Positions 11,591-24,744 of a stretch of DNA of 64,000 nucleotides are shown one piece after another; within the stretch, counting starts at the first letter, position 1, and each line of letters begins with the position of its first letter. Source of the stretch: Ramazzottius varieornatus (taxonomy: Eukaryota > Animalia > Tardigrada); contig BDGG01000018.1 of the NCBI GenBank assembly GCA_001949185.1, positions 558,001-622,000 on the forward strand. The letters are read 5' to 3'. Below the pieces are notes generated by a model. That model was not told the origin of the DNA and searched no databases. It saw only the letters and a list, made by a program, of their open reading frames with translations. The position numbers and the translations under genes were made by a program.

Positions 11591-12980
11591 CTAGGTTTGG
11601 CTGGGAGATAGTGGAGTAGCAGCCTTTGCATCTGCTTGAGACAGTCTGCACCAAGGCGTCCTCGCCTCATCGCAATGGAGCTTCACATTGTACACCGTAC
11701 ATTCAAACTTGTCATCTATGGTCAACTTCTGTTTGTCCATTACGTCGAAGCGTACATCCTTCAGACCACTCTGCCGATCCTTCTTCCGGTTAGACTGTAA
11801 ACGAAATCAGTTTCCTTCGAATAACTCTTTCGAAAACGATAGCTAAACTGAATGTATTCTGCCTAACTCGACTTTGATCCCCAACCCGTTCCATGTCGCG
11901 CTTCCTCCTGACCGCGCTGTGAATGTGCTTGAACGTCTCATAACCCGTCGTTATTCCTACAGGTCTGCTGATCTGAAAGAAGAACCAGTACAGAGCGGTC
12001 TTCGTTAACTTCATCTTTCTCAAGTGGCACATGCTTCCAGCCAATAACACCGATAGCGTGAGCTACTTGGGAAAATACGTCTGGTGGAGTCTTTGCTTGT
12101 CTTTATAGTGGCGCACCGTTTGAGTAGCACTGGCTGAAAGCGTGCGCCAAGGGGAAAATAATCTTGTCTGGTTTCCACTTACGTTCATTCCGGCGTCCAT
12201 GAGCCGCGCATACAACGCGTCGTCTTCCATACCCCATCCCCAGTACTTATTCGGCATGCCATTGACTTGTTCGAAGTGCTTGCTAGTCATTAAGAGTATC
12301 CCTCCGATGAACTTTTCATAGTGGTACTGCGGGTGCAGTTCCGGAGCCGCAATGTGCATTGGTCCGTCAGCCGGAAATGCGTAAGTCAGGGCAGAGTTGA
12401 CCGGTAGAAGGTCCACGTCGTGCATTGCGATATAGTCGAAATCGTCTTTCACGAGGGAGAAACCTGCGTTGATTAGTGACGCACGATTGAACCTAAAACA
12501 AGATGGGAGAGTTAGTCGAAACAAACCTCCGATCAAAATAGGAGCGGAAAGGAACCGAAACGTCAAAGTGGCGCATGACGTAATCATATCTTACTAGACG
12601 CACGTACGTGGCTTACATATACTGCAATATACACTGACGTATGCGTGAAGTGTTCACCTGTAATCGTCCACCTGATTCATCACAAAAATCTGGAATGTGA
12701 CTTTCTGACCCGCTAAGAAGGCTATCATGTGAGGAACGAACTGGAGCAATTCGTCAAAGCGGTCGCGAAAAGGGACGATGATAGCTAGCCGATGCCCTGA
12801 TGAGTTAGCGCTTGATCCCGAACCAACGAGTGTGAAGATTTGCCAGCAGCCGTAGATGAAGCTAATGGACAGAATGACGGTCGTCAAAACCAGAATGAAT
12901 ACGCCGCTGGGGTTGTTTCGGAGCCGACGAAGGTGATGTCGAATCTTGTGCTGGACCTCTCGAGCATCAAGCGGCGCCAT
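11591..12980 (-). CDS. B4GALT7: Beta-1,4-galactosyltransferase 7 (xylosylprotein), multi-exon
   Basis: Type II TM segment, [58 protein letters not shown]. Confidence 0.92.
11990..12175. repeat. GGCGCA-N27 palindromic element, 2 units (B4GALT7 intron)
   Basis: CAAGTGGCACA-TGCTTCCAGCCAATAAC... plus a second unit at about 12106. Confidence 0.8.
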
Positions 12981-13550
12981 GATCTATCAAAGGCAGTATC
13001 TCAGGAAGAAAGGATGCCTGTCAGAAGACAGCTTCAAGCGGCTTAGGCGACTGCATTCTTAGATGACTGCGCTTCAGTCGTCCTGGGTTCCGTGTCGTCT
13101 CCTCTACATGATATTCGTGATGTCCAGTCCACAAGGCACCTTTATCATTAACTGCTCAAGTGAGAACCACTCCTCCTGCGAGCCCAAGCAAGCTACGGAA
13201 GTCCTAGCCGGAAATGAAGATGATTAGATGAACTGGATCAACGGATACCGTAAGACTTGACTCACTTGAGTAGCATGTAATGTCATATGACAGTTACACT
13301 CTGAGCCAAATTACGTATGACATGACCAATCCTGCGCAGTCTCCCTTCAGTCCCACTTTCCTCGACAATCACTTCCGGATCTTTCTCTTCCTTTCGGGGT
13401 AACAACTTCGGCCTTTAACGTTCATATTGATCAAGGTAAGAAACCGAGTTCATCTGTGAGCGCTACTGCACCTTACCTTATTGTTCTTACACGGTGAGGC
13501 ATAGTTATACCTTGTTTCAGGTTCGAAGAACTAGCCCTCTCACTTGTCAG

Positions 13551-14498
13551 ATGGCGTCAAAGGCCTTCTCTCGTCTGACTCGCTTCACTCGCCTGCCTCT
13601 TCAAAGCTTCTTCTCGACACGCGGACAGCTCGTCCCCACACCCAGGACATGCGTTGTTCCTATCCGCCTAGGTTACGACGGTCTGGCTCCGATTCAGACT
13701 CGCCAGTTGTCCAGCGTTTCCTTGGCCGCCGTGACTTCCGGTCACCCACGCGTTCAGCAGAAGGCCCCAGATTTCTCCGGCACAGCTGTCGTTTATGGCC
13801 AGTTCAAAACGATCAAACTCTCAGACTACGAGGGAAAATACCTCATTCTCCTGTTTTATCCTTTGGACTTCACTTTCGTCTGCCCTACCGAGATTGTCGC
13901 CTTCTCGGACAATGCTGACAAGCTGCGCGAGTTGAACACGGAAGGTGAGAATGTTTTCGATTTTGGCTAGCCGTCTGGGACAATACGTGGCGTTACTGTA
14001 ACCGATCAGTTTTGTTGTTGTTTCTGCTCAACGGCCTGCGAAATTTCTTATACTTGGCTGTTCGTCATCGCAAGTTGCTCTTTTCTTCGGGTAGTTATCG
14101 CCATCTCGACAGACTCACACTTCAGTCATCTAGCCTGGACAAATATCCCGCGCAAAGAAGGTGGGTTGGGACCGATGAAGATGCCGCTGCTGTCGGACTT
14201 CAATAAGAAGGTCTCGAGAGACTATGGAGTGCTGATAGAGGAGGAAGGCGTAGCTCTACGAGGCATGTTCCTCATCGATCCGAAGGGCGTCTTGAGACAA
14301 ATTACGATCAATGATCTTCCAGTGGGTAGGTCGGTGGATGAAGCGATCCGTCTCGTACAAGCCTTCCAGTATGTCGAGCAGCATGGTGAGGTGTGTCCGG
14401 CAGGATGGTTGCCTGATTCGAAGACGATCAAGCCCAACCCGAAGGAATCGAAAGAGTACTTCCGGGCTGTTCATGAGAAAGAGAAACAACGAGTTTGA
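13551..14498 (+). CDS. PRDX3: Typical 2-Cys peroxiredoxin with mitochondrial presequence (PRDX3-like), 2 coding exons
   Basis: [14 protein letters not shown] and HGEVCPAGW motifs, R/S/L-rich N-terminus, intron at about 13945-14090. Confidence 0.9.
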
Positions 14499-14799
14499 GT
14501 TTCGTGTTACTTGTATTCGCTTTCTCCTTCTTTCTTCTGCCATTTGCGTGGTAAGATTCATTTTCGCCGGAAGTTTTCTGGCCGAAAGTTTTGGTGAAGT
14601 GAAGGTCGCTGGTAGTCTCGTTGGAAGAAGTTGCCGGGTTATGGGAGAATCTTTATCTGCAATAGCACGGCTACACTGTCCGAGATTTGCCTTATATCTG
14701 TAGTCTTTCCCAGTCTTGCTGCATTCATACATATGAAGCTGTAATATTTTGCTCTTGGACTGAATAAAACATTGTGGGAAGGGCACCACGCGAGAAAGC

Positions 14800-16018
14800 A
14801 TGGCTTCGGAAACCGATGTGAGTAGGTTTACTTCCTCGTCTGTAAACTCAGGTCTTTGTATTTCTTCTTTTACATACTGGAGTTGCAAGCTTCGATAATC
14901 ACTGGAAACATATTGGCGAACACCAGGCGCTTCCGTGTGTCGTTCATCAAAATGGTAAAACTGTGGGTCCACGGTCTTCGTTGTTTCAGGATGATTTACG
15001 GAGGCAGCTGGACCTGGCGCCGTTACAGATGATGCGACAACCTGTAATATTGGTGATCGGTACGAACACAAGAAAACATTGATAAACGTCCTGACCGTGC
15101 ATAACAGAAACGAGCAAGATAAACAGTTCCATGTAGGAAGTCCAGGAGCAGGGAAAGCCACACAGTGTAAACGACTAGCGGAAGAGTTTAACCTCCACCA
15201 TATCTCTATGGGACACTGCGTCAAAGACCAATTCAAAGTTGCTCAGACACCTCAAGCCAACCTTCTGCAACAAATGTACGACAGTGGTGGAATACTTCCG
15301 CTGGTTCGTTCTGTACTTTTCATTGGAAGCTCGGCAAACAAACGTGTCAGTGTTGTTTTCCCAAGTGACGCACTTTTCTAACGACAATGGCTCAGCGCAT
15401 GCGCCACTTGAGAAAGCGATCTGGTCAAGTTGGATTGCTTTTTTAAGCAGCGCACGTTTTCGGTGTGGCTGAATGGAAGCATGCGTCACTTGAATAAACG
15501 ATATGGCCTGGTTTGTTTGCCGCTCCCATTCTTCCTGAGCGTCTTGCGAAAGCTCACCTGCGGGTCTCATCTTTGACAGGAGGACATAATGCACATTCTG
15601 TTCAGTCGAATGCTGGAGCTTCTCGCTGTCGAAGAAAAACCTTTCATTATTCACGGCTTTCCTCGATACATCTTCCAAGCACTGGCATACGAGCGAAGTG
15701 TGGGATTCCCTCGGACAGTCATCTTGCTCCAATGCAATGAAGCCATCACCAAGGAACGACTGGAAGCTCGTGGGCAGACCAGCCGAAGACCCGATGACCA
15801 GCCAGAGTTCGTCGATGAACGCATTGAGAAATATCAGGCCACCATCCAGGAAGTAGTGGATTTCTACGAGCCGCATAACAAACTTTACATCGTGAGCAAC
15901 AACGCCCTTTTCAGAAGACTTAGTACAGCTCACGAGGTCTCTCTTGCAGGTTGACGCTAATCAAAACATCGAAGACGTTTACAAAGACGTGGCTCAAGTG
16001 ATCGAACTATGGACATAA
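14800..16018 (+). CDS. Adenylate kinase / UMP-CMP kinase family protein, multi-exon (5' exon uncertain)
   Basis: VILVIG-GSPGAGKATQC, HISMG, IHGFPR, RGQTSRRPDD, VDANQNIEDVY. Confidence 0.85.
15325..15527. repeat. GGCGCA-N27 palindromic element, 2 units (kinase intron)
   Basis: GGAAGCTCGGCAAACAAAC ... GTTTGTTTGCCGCTCCC ends. Confidence 0.88.
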
Positions 16019-16054
16019 CAAAAAGCGCAACTTCCGGTTCGAAATTCCTGAAGT

Positions 16055-19000
16055 TCATCTCTTGCCTTTGCCTTTCATCTTCTTACTTCTTTTATCATTT
16101 GGTCGGTTTCCTCCAACCTTGATAAGCCTCTTTACTCCCTTCTTCCTTGTATCCGCCAAGTCGGAGGCGAATGCGGAAGTATTCTTCTTCTTTTTCTTCG
16201 CATCTGCGACAAGAAACAACGCTCTTTCAAAACCCCGATGATTTTCAGTCTCGAACAGTTTGCCCTCGGAAAAATAAATTCAGTATAAAAATACCTTTGG
16301 ACTTTTTGTGCGACGGCGTATTTCTTACAGGAACATCAGCACACGCCCTCGTTCTCTGCGGCCGGAAGTCCTTCTTGGAATGTCGAGCTTGGCCTTTCTG
16401 CACTTTTGATAAGGCGATGTCTTCCGGGTCGCGACCGTCCTTCTTGACTTTGCCTTTCTTCTTCGGTTCAACAGCTACACCAATCAACAGCCTTAAACAC
16501 TAAAGTTTTCTCGATCGAAATCTAAGACTGAGCAAGCTTACGTTTCTTCCACTTCTTGCTTTTGCCAGTTTTACTGAATCCAGGCAGTGTCGTTCTTTTG
16601 GGTGGCGGAGGTTCGACTTTACCCGCTAGCCTGTCTTCAACAATCTTCAGGTCCTTCGCCATTCTTGCCATGGCTTTATCCTCCTTTTCGTTGTTGAGGA
16701 AAGCTTCGACCTCATCTTGGAGCTTAGTCAGACGGTCGACGTAACTTCCCACCACATCTAAAAACAAGACAAATTAATTTTGGAAGGCTTACCCGCCTTT
16801 CACACACCTGTGTACACCCTTAATCCCAGGCATGAGCGGTTGGCTATATGCAGGTGCCCGAAAGACCGTACAATCCTCACAGAGAGACTTTCTCTTCAAG
16901 AACCGAATTCTCCTGTGTTTTATAAAACACTGCACTACCTGGAGGAACTATTCGGTTCTGGACAGGTACGCGAGCGTTCTTAACGATGATCTTCAGAATT
17001 TTCCTTTCGTCTTCTCCCACCAGCGAAACGGCCCTGAAATCAGAATCAATCTCCCAAAACACTTCTCACTTCGCCGACCACGTTCCCCAGGCAAAATCAC
17101 CTCCCAACACGACCAGCACGAGCTGTTCGTCCCACACGATGGACATACTGCTCGAGAGTCTTCGGCAGCGCCAGGTTGATGACAGTCTTCACGAAAGGGA
17201 TATCCAGACCACGAGCTGCAACGTCGGTGGCTAGAAGAATGTCGGCTTGTGACTCTTTAAAATCATCCAAGGCTGCTAACCGCTACAAAATATCTTAACG
17301 GATAATTCCTAAGCCTTCCAGAAAGCAAAAACTTTCCGGGAGCTCGGCAAAGAAATCAGACAAGAGTTCTCCAAGCGGCGCACGATGCCGGTCAGCAACA
17401 CTCGAAAGATGCGCCACTTGAAAAAGTAGACAAGCTCGTCAAGATCGCTCTTCCAAGTGGCGCATGCTTTCAGTCTATATCACCACGATTGTGCGCCACT
17501 TGGGGAAACGATCTTGTTGAGTTTACTTGCCGAGCTTCCGTTAACTTTCCATAATTATGCAGTTTCCTACCTGTGGTTGAGACATGTTTCCGTGAAGCTC
17601 GGCCACTTTCTTCCCCATGACTTTTAGTACGGCATACAATCGGTGAACTTGGACTTTAGTCGGGATGAAGACCAGTGTCCGTTCGGGGAAGCTTCGACAG
17701 AGCAACGAGAGCAACAAGGCTTCGCGTGAGTCTTCTTCTCTCACCCTGACGAACTCCTGCCGAAGCGCCAGCGCGGTCGAGCCACTTTCGTCCACCATCA
17801 GTTTCACCGGGTCCTTCAGGGATATAGACGCCAGCTTTTGCACTTCTTCCGTCAATGTGGCAGAGAAGAGCATAGTCTGCCTGGTTATCGCGCACATTTT
17901 GATCACTTCGTTCATCTGCAAAAATAAGATGAAATCAATATGAAAACTAACCTGTTCCCAATACGGGAGCTCGGCAAGTAAACTCAGCCAGATAGCTCTC
18001 CGAGTGGCGCACGTTACCNACCACAANNNNNNNNNNNNNNNNNNNNNNNNNNNNNNNNNNNNNNNNNNNNNNNNNNNNNNNNNNNNNNNNNNNNNNNNNN
18101 NNNNNNNNNNNNNNNNNNNNNNNNNNNNNNNNNNNNNNNNNNNNNNNNNNNNNNAGCTCTCCGAGTGGCGCACGTTACCAACCACAAACACCGAGAACGT
18201 GCGCCACGTGAAAGAGCAATCTGGTCGAGTTTATTTGCCGAGCTCCCAGATGTTTTCATGGAAATTCCAAGGCTATTTTCAAGCAGAATATACTTGCCTG
18301 TTCAGCAAAAAATTCGTCCAGCATACGGTCAGCTTCGTCCAAGACGAGAATTTCCACTTGGCCGAGACCGAAGGATGGAGTATTCTGAATGTGATCGAGC
18401 AAGCGACCTGGAGTGGCGATAACGATGTCCGGAAGTTCCCGTAGTTCCTTCTCCTGCTTTTTCATGTCCAGACCACCCACGGCTAGAGCCACTTGGATGT
18501 ACTCCGGGAGGTACTGTAGGAAAAAAATACTACTAATTCCCTGACAAAATCGAGGAAGAACTCAAACTGGATCATGGTTCGCAAACCTGCATACAGTGTC
18601 CGAAGACGCTGAAAGGGTCGCTCTGTGTGCAGATGCGCGAGGCAGCGATTCAAACTAATTTATTTTACCAACGCGGTGGAAAAATAACCACCATCTGTTT
18701 CTTACCTTCGAAAGGTCTTTCGTGACAGCATAGACTTGTGCGCCCAGTTCACGGGTAGGTACCAGAACGAGAACCCTTGTGGCGACGTCGGCCTTGGGCT
18801 TGTAATGGAGACGTTCGAGGATGGGCAACATATATGCCGCCGTCTTTCCTGCGAGCAAAATTCCACACTTATCAACTTCCCAGAAACCTCACAAGCTTCC
18901 ACAATCTTGCGAAAATTGACGTACCTGTTCCAGTACGAGAGCAGGCGCAGATATCTCGACCGAGAAGTCCAATGGGGATGGCTGCTGCTTGTATCGGAGT

Positions 19001-19636
19001 TGGCGTGGAGAAATTCAGCTCAGCGAGCGCTTTCAGCAACGGCCTCGACAGATTCATTTCCTACAGACAAAACATACACCTTAGACCAAATATCGCGATA
19101 GAAATGAGAAAAAAGGAAGTACGTACGTGAAAGGCGCTGGAAGATCCCAAGTCATCCTTCAGCGTGATTATTTCTTCCAAGTCCTCCTCTTCGTCCTTGT
19201 AATCTTCCTCTCCCTGCGCCTCGGCCGCCTCTTTCTTCGCTTTGTTCTTGTTAGGCCTCGGAACTCTCTGCTCTTTCGTTCTGAGACGATCTTCGGTTGT
19301 TTCGTTAGCATTGTTAATTGCAGGTTTGTCAGGTATCGTTTTGTGCTTGACGCGTTCTCTGCTGATATCGCCCCACGTATCGCCATCTCCTGTGTCTTTG
19401 AACATGGAGAAACCTTCATCGTACTCATCGTCGACATCTTCTGGTTCGAACGGCTCTCCAGGTTCGGGCATATCATCAGCCGTAGAGCGTGAAGGATCAG
19501 CTGCCGCTGCATCAGTAATGTCGTTTCCGTCGATTGCGACATCGGCATCAGCTGCTGTCTTCTTCCGGTTGGGCTTCTTGGTGGCTTTGACCGGTGACTT
19601 GCCCATCTTCCGATGGCCTTTCTTTCCGTTGGGCAT
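16055..19636 (-). CDS. DDX27: DEAD-box RNA helicase DDX27/Drs1, multi-exon
   Basis: [61 protein letters not shown]-type motif VI. Confidence 0.92.
16806..16855. repeat. Second-family inverted repeat ACCTGCATAC-N30-GTATGCAGGT (DDX27 intron)
   Basis: ACCTGTGTAC 16806-16815 and ATATGCAGGT 16846-16855. Confidence 0.6.
17337..17541. repeat. GGCGCA-N27 palindromic element, 2 units (DDX27 intron)
   Basis: CGGGAGCTCGGCAAA...TTGCCGAGCTTCCG ends; units at 17373 and 17455 with 27-nt spacers. Confidence 0.92.
17963..18248. repeat. GGCGCA-N27 palindromic element spanning an assembly gap (DDX27 intron)
   Basis: ACGGGAGCTCGGCAA...TTGCCGAGCTCCC ends; the same sequence is repeated on both sides of the N run. 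Confidence 0.88.
18585..18634. repeat. Second-family inverted repeat (DDX27 intron)
   Basis: ACCTGCATAC-N30-GTGTGCAGAT. Confidence 0.6.
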
Positions 19637-19788
19637 GGAGACAGCTCAGACAAGAGCCATCGTCGTTTCCTGAGATAAGAAATCCTGGTGACGAGAAGAG
19701 TTGCTGGAACGTAACAGACCGGAAATGAGCAACAAAATTAATGGAATACAACTGACGCTGGATTTTTCTAATTGACACTTCCGAGCTA

Positions 19789-20046
19789 CAGTCCTACCTG
19801 CGAGATGTGAAAGTTCAAATGCCTGATTTCAATTTGGAAAGGTCTATACGTTCCCGGGATCGCTCGCCATGTTGTTTGCACGAGAATAATCAGCTGATCG
19901 AACACCTACTTGAACATTTGATCAGGTCAAGCCAGAACCGGGCGTCGATCAGCTGATCGTGCTGCGTACTGAGTGGCGAGCAAGCCCGTGCACAATTGCT
20001 GTCCAGCCGCAGAAGGAGCAATTGTCACATCTCGTAGGTAGGACTG
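19789..20046. mobile_element. Tc1/mariner/pogo-type MITE, 258 bp
   Basis: TIR CAGTCCTACCT(G/A)CGAGATGTGA at both ends; TA duplication at 19787-88 and 20047-48; no ORF. Confidence 0.88.
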
Positions 20047-20121
20047 TATATTCCAAATTGTTCACGAAACGAGTTTTTCTGGAGGGGTGTTAGTCGCAGC
20101 GTTGGACGGATGATTTACTCA

Positions 20122-21335
20122 CAAGGGATTGACGCCAATCGGTTCCCTCTGACGAGATTCAGGATGCGCAGTCTGATAGAGGACAGTTTCCTCCACAGAT
20201 TGAGCTAAACAAAAGGTCCTAAAAGAAATCCTGAAATTAATTATGGGAAGAGGAAGTCAAGTACAAGTTTGCCGCTGGTGACGCAAATGGCAATCTTGCT
20301 TTTTCATCTACAGTCCACACTGTATGAAAAACTCTGCCAAGTGTCAATACAAATCAAGGAATATATAGTTCACAGAGGTGGTAGACATCGTAGAAATGGG
20401 AGAAGCAAAGAGGACCCTTGCACCAACCGCAAATCAATATGACAGTGTTTTTACAGTTTTCGTGGAAGCAATGACTAGTCAACTTATCGAAGCAAAACTC
20501 GGCAGGGTTGACGTATCTAATCCATTTATCTGTGTATCCGGATTCGTATCAAGCTGCGGGAACAAGATTCTCAAATCTAGGAGACTGGAACTGCTGATAG
20601 ATTAACGAATGTAGTTTGAGTATTACATCTCTGTGATGCATTTGGATAGGTAGGTTGTGCAGAATCACAAAGTTAGAAATCTTTTTGAAGAATCCTTTGT
20701 ACATTCTGAAAAACAGAACATCGAGAGGCTGAATATCTCCGGTCACTTTCGGTGGGATTCGAAGCATTTCGTATTCCAAGTTGTCAGGTTTGAGTTCCAT
20801 CACCGAGTCTTGATCGTTGAAAATCGTCCAGGGATCAGCCAGCAGAATGCACCGGTCCACCATATGAGGAAAAAAGACCTCAGCACACCATTGCAAGTAG
20901 AGCTTCTTAGTCATCTTTCCTGATGTTGAAGCCGTCACGTACAAATTTTCAGCTTTGAACATCGTGCGAGTCACAATTGGCCCAAATACTCTCTTTGGTT
21001 CTTGCAACGTCAGAAAAAGCTTTGGAAGAAACTTGCGAGTTCCAGGAGAAACAGTCATCATTACGGTGTAACTATGAGTCATGGAGTTTTCGGACTGGGT
21101 TATAGCTTCCACGTGTTTAACACCACAAATATCCAACGTACGACCAGGTCTCGTCTCATATTCAAAACCTGACTGATCCGCATTCCACAGACAGTCCAGT
21201 CCGTAATCTGCAATCCTTGATCGGACGAGAGCTACACAGTCGGCGGCGCTCTGTTTTACCTTTGGAAGTTCCTTGATGGACTTTTCAGTCATAAACTTCG
21301 CGATCTTTCGATCGCAAATACTGTAATACCTGAAA
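20122..21335 (-). mobile_element. 5'-truncated, frameshifted Tc4/Tc5-like DD37D transposon
   Basis: One TIR (CTCA|CAAGGGATTGACGCC). The last transposase exon (WNADQSG, LLADPW, IQPLDV) is homologous to 36586-37564. There is a frameshift near 20555 and the upstream exons are missing. Confidence 0.88.
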
Positions 21336-21465
21336 TACTGAATTAACTGAGCAAGAAGTCTGCACGTACACGCAGGACAAGAAATTATGGTACAGGAAAA
21401 ATTATGGGTACAGGCCTTTTTCGCTACGGCGGTATATCGCCGTATCTCCTGTCGGAAGGCAAGCT

Positions 21466-22460
21466 ATGGATTCCGCCTTGCCTTTCATTCTCTTCTTCTT
21501 TGTCCCGCTCGCGCTGTCGGCGCCGATCGAACTGGGATCAGTCATCCTTGCTCCCCACAAGGATAAAGTCTGTTTCCCGGTCGAAGTACTTAAGTCTGCT
21601 AAAGATGACGGGCAAGTTCAGTGTCATTGTTTTATTGTGAGGCGGGATTTATTCAGATGCAAATGTGCGCAGTATTCTGTGTTGTAGCACTGTCAAGGTT
21701 CGCTTTCTGGCCACGAAGAGAGAGACCTCTGTCAAACGAGGACTGCTGCTAAAGCCATCGGAATGGCTGGATAGAGATGAGTTGGTGCTCATGCAACAGC
21801 CAGGGCTGCACAATGCCAGTATCTATGAGGAAGTCAAGACTGTTGACATCGTGGAAGATGCAGGAAACCTTCCGCGATATCGAGTACGCGTAGAAGCACC
21901 CAGCATCTATCACAAAATGTAGGCAGCTGAGTGAGGCATCACCCGTTTTTCACCAAATCATTCCAGACGTCGTTTTCAACGTTCTAGGATCGAAATGAAG
22001 TATATTGGCGTAACTCAGAAAAAGGTGGACATGGTCCATGACAGGGCCAGAAAAGATGGACTTCTATGGCCGTGGACCAAGACCGTCTTTGCTGAGAGCC
22101 TGGCTATTGGGACGATCGCCTTCTTTCTGTTATCCCGTCAACGGAAACATTCTGATGCACTTGCTATCAGCGCTGCAATTTGTGGCATCATGTTTGACTT
22201 TTCATCTGTACTCGGTCTGGTCATGACGGAAATGCATCCTGAGGTTTGCGAGCGGTACTTTACCCTCTTCTGAACGTCTGAAGTGGCAAAGGAAACATGG
22301 GCGGTCCGGTGACTGAAACGTGCAGTATCATTATCTTAAGTGGCGCACGTTTCCATTGTTAGCAGCCGGAAAAGTGCGCCCCTTGACGTAACGATTTGTT
22401 TTCGTTCGCCGGGCTCTCGTACCCAGGTTGCCATGTTTGTTGCACTTTCACTTATTTTTG
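21466..22460 (+). CDS. Hypothetical signal-peptide/membrane protein, multi-exon
   Basis: Signal-like MDSALPFILFFFVPLALSA, spliceable ORFs and hydrophobic C-terminal segments. No recognised family and the ends are uncertain. Confidence 0.4.
22298..22418. repeat. GGCGCA-N27 palindromic element, 1 unit (probable intron)
   Basis: AAGTGGCGCA at 22338 ... GTGCGCC. Confidence 0.8.
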
Positions 22461-22594
22461 ACGGTACGAAAGATCTCTTCTCAATGTGTACTACAAAGCG
22501 CGAGATCTCTTAATGTCAGTTTTTCTCAACTGCAATATATCTTTATTCTGAGATTCCTTTGCTTGAGGATACCGAGGTTTTTTGAAAATACAAT

Positions 22595-24744
22595 CTACAA
22601 AGTCGAAAAGCTGGTGTTCTTTAATACCGAATTTAAAATTACAGCATTGTTAATAATCACATTATTCCATACGGGTTGATGTGCTTCGTTATTGACCTTC
22701 TGGCCCGCAAAAGATTCGCTATTTTCCACGCGTACACCGCTTGGAAGGGAGTAGATTGCCAGTTGATGCCGCACAGTGTCGTTTAAACTGGTTACTTCCG
22801 GGTTGTCCGCTTGCACTGCGGAGCTCGATGATGTGTTTACGCATGATCCTGTCGAGATGATATCAATAGGCCTTCCTTTCCAGGAAGGTGGCTGGTAGCA
22901 AGCTGGACATCTGAAGTCGTCTTTACCCACACAAACCACGCTATAGCCGCTTCTGCCGGTAGTATCGGTACTGGACTGGCTGACCCATCGGATCAGGCTA
23001 GCTAGGCCGCAGTCGCAGTTCCACGGGTTGGTGTTCAAGTGGAGGGAGGTTAGGGAAGAAGCTGGTGACGAATATAGTTGAACAAGGCTATCTGGCAATG
23101 ACGACAGTCGGTTGTTGGACAGATCCAGCTCCTGGAGGTTTCTCAGCTGGCTTAACGAGAGGGGCACTTGACGTATTTGGTTGTTGGCCAAGTTCAACCG
23201 CTACAAAGTACAAGCACAACTAAAATTTAATACCAGTGACAGCTCGGCAAACAGACTCAACCAGATTCCTCTCCCCAGTGTCACGCGCCTTTTCGGTGTT
23301 TACAGCTGCGGGTGTGCGCCACTTGCAGAAACGATCTTGGCCGAGTTTGCCGAGGCGATCTCGCAAATATCGAGTCGAACACCGGAACATGTTCATTAAG
23401 CCGCAGCTGCGGACAAAGTGTCTCGCACATTAATCACGAACTTACAGTAAGCTTGGTTAAAGGAACGAAAAATCGCTGGTCGATGTCCAGAAGATCGTTG
23501 GAAGACAAGTCGAGATATTCCAGTGTGCTCGAGTTATCAAAAAGGTTGAAAGGTATAGTCAAAAGCTGCATATTCCTCATGGTAAGGGATTTCAAGTTGA
23601 GCAGGACAGCGAACATTTGCGGTTGAAGAATCAGACCCGGATTCCCGCTGACATCCAGCGAGGTGAGACTCGTCATAATCGGGCTGAAGATATCGCTTCC
23701 CAATGAAGTCAAGCCCATATTGGCAAGCCGCAAAGTGCCAATCTGTGTTCTGTCAAAGACTCGCCCACCCAGAATATTCGGATGAGTGTTGTTACTCAGA
23801 TCCAGTGAATCCAGCAAGAGTCCATCAAACGCCCCAGAGGCAATATATTGCAAAGGATTGGCGGAAAAGTTGACTCGACGAAGATTTGTCAAGAGCGATA
23901 CCGTTGCCGACTGCAGTTCGAAGAATGAATTTCCGGATAAATCGATTTCTTCAAGGTTGAGCATGGCGTTGCGCAAAGCCCGCCAAGGCATGTTCAACAG
24001 TCCACAACGAGACATATTTAGAACTCGCAGGGCGGGAAAGTCTTGAAAGAAGAGATCAGGAACGGCATATCCTAAAGGATTGGTACTAATGTCCAAATAA
24101 AGGAGGTTTCTCATGGGTGTGCCGAGACGCGGTGTCAAAGTACCGCACTGGCTTTTCGATTGACAACGGGCAACACGAAGGCGATTGTTGGACATGGATA
24201 ATACTGTCAGGCTGGAGAGGTAGCTGAAGACAGCTGAGTGCATGTTCTCGATGTCGTTGTAATCCAAGTAAAGATGAGTGACTTGAGACAGACCGGCAAA
24301 GTTGTTTTCGTGTAGTAACTGCAGCTGGTTGTGAGTTAGATTGAGAAGTTGGAGAGAGCTGCCGACTGGCTGGAGAGTAAGGTCGCCGATCCATTGCAGC
24401 TGGCTGTAGCCGATGTGCAGCTGGCGAAGGGACGGTTTATTGCGCAGAATTTGTGAGGGCAGGGTAACGTTGTCGGGGAAGAGGAGGGAGGAACCGAGGA
24501 GGATAAGTACTTGGATATCGCTGTCGAGGAGAGCCAGGTCCAGGGAAGTGGGAACCAGCGAGCCATTGCCTTCACAACGAACGCGCTTCCGTCCCAGCAT
24601 GTCGACATCGCAGGTGCAAACACGTGGACAGGAGGCATTTACGATTGCCCACAGAGATAAACTAGTAAAGACGCACAATAAGATGGGATAATTTATTCTT
24701 GGGTCGTATCGATATCTTAGTGTCGGAAAAACCTTGCTGGTCAT
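22595..24744 (-). CDS. Secreted/surface leucine-rich-repeat protein (LRRNT, many LRRs, LRRCT)
   Basis: CPRVCTC cap, LxxLxLxxN repeats, NPWNCDC..CYQP cap; intron at about 23200-23445. The 3' end is uncertain. Confidence 0.85.
23239..23356. repeat. GGCGCA-N27 palindromic element, 1 unit (LRR intron)
   Basis: AGCTCGGCAAAC ... GTGCGCCACTTG ... GTTTGCCGAG. Confidence 0.8.

Noticed and set aside
15175-15933. Long antisense ORFs over coding exons (also 28899-29522, 37668-38276, 62817-63359)
   Set aside because: Shadows of real genes on the opposite strand.
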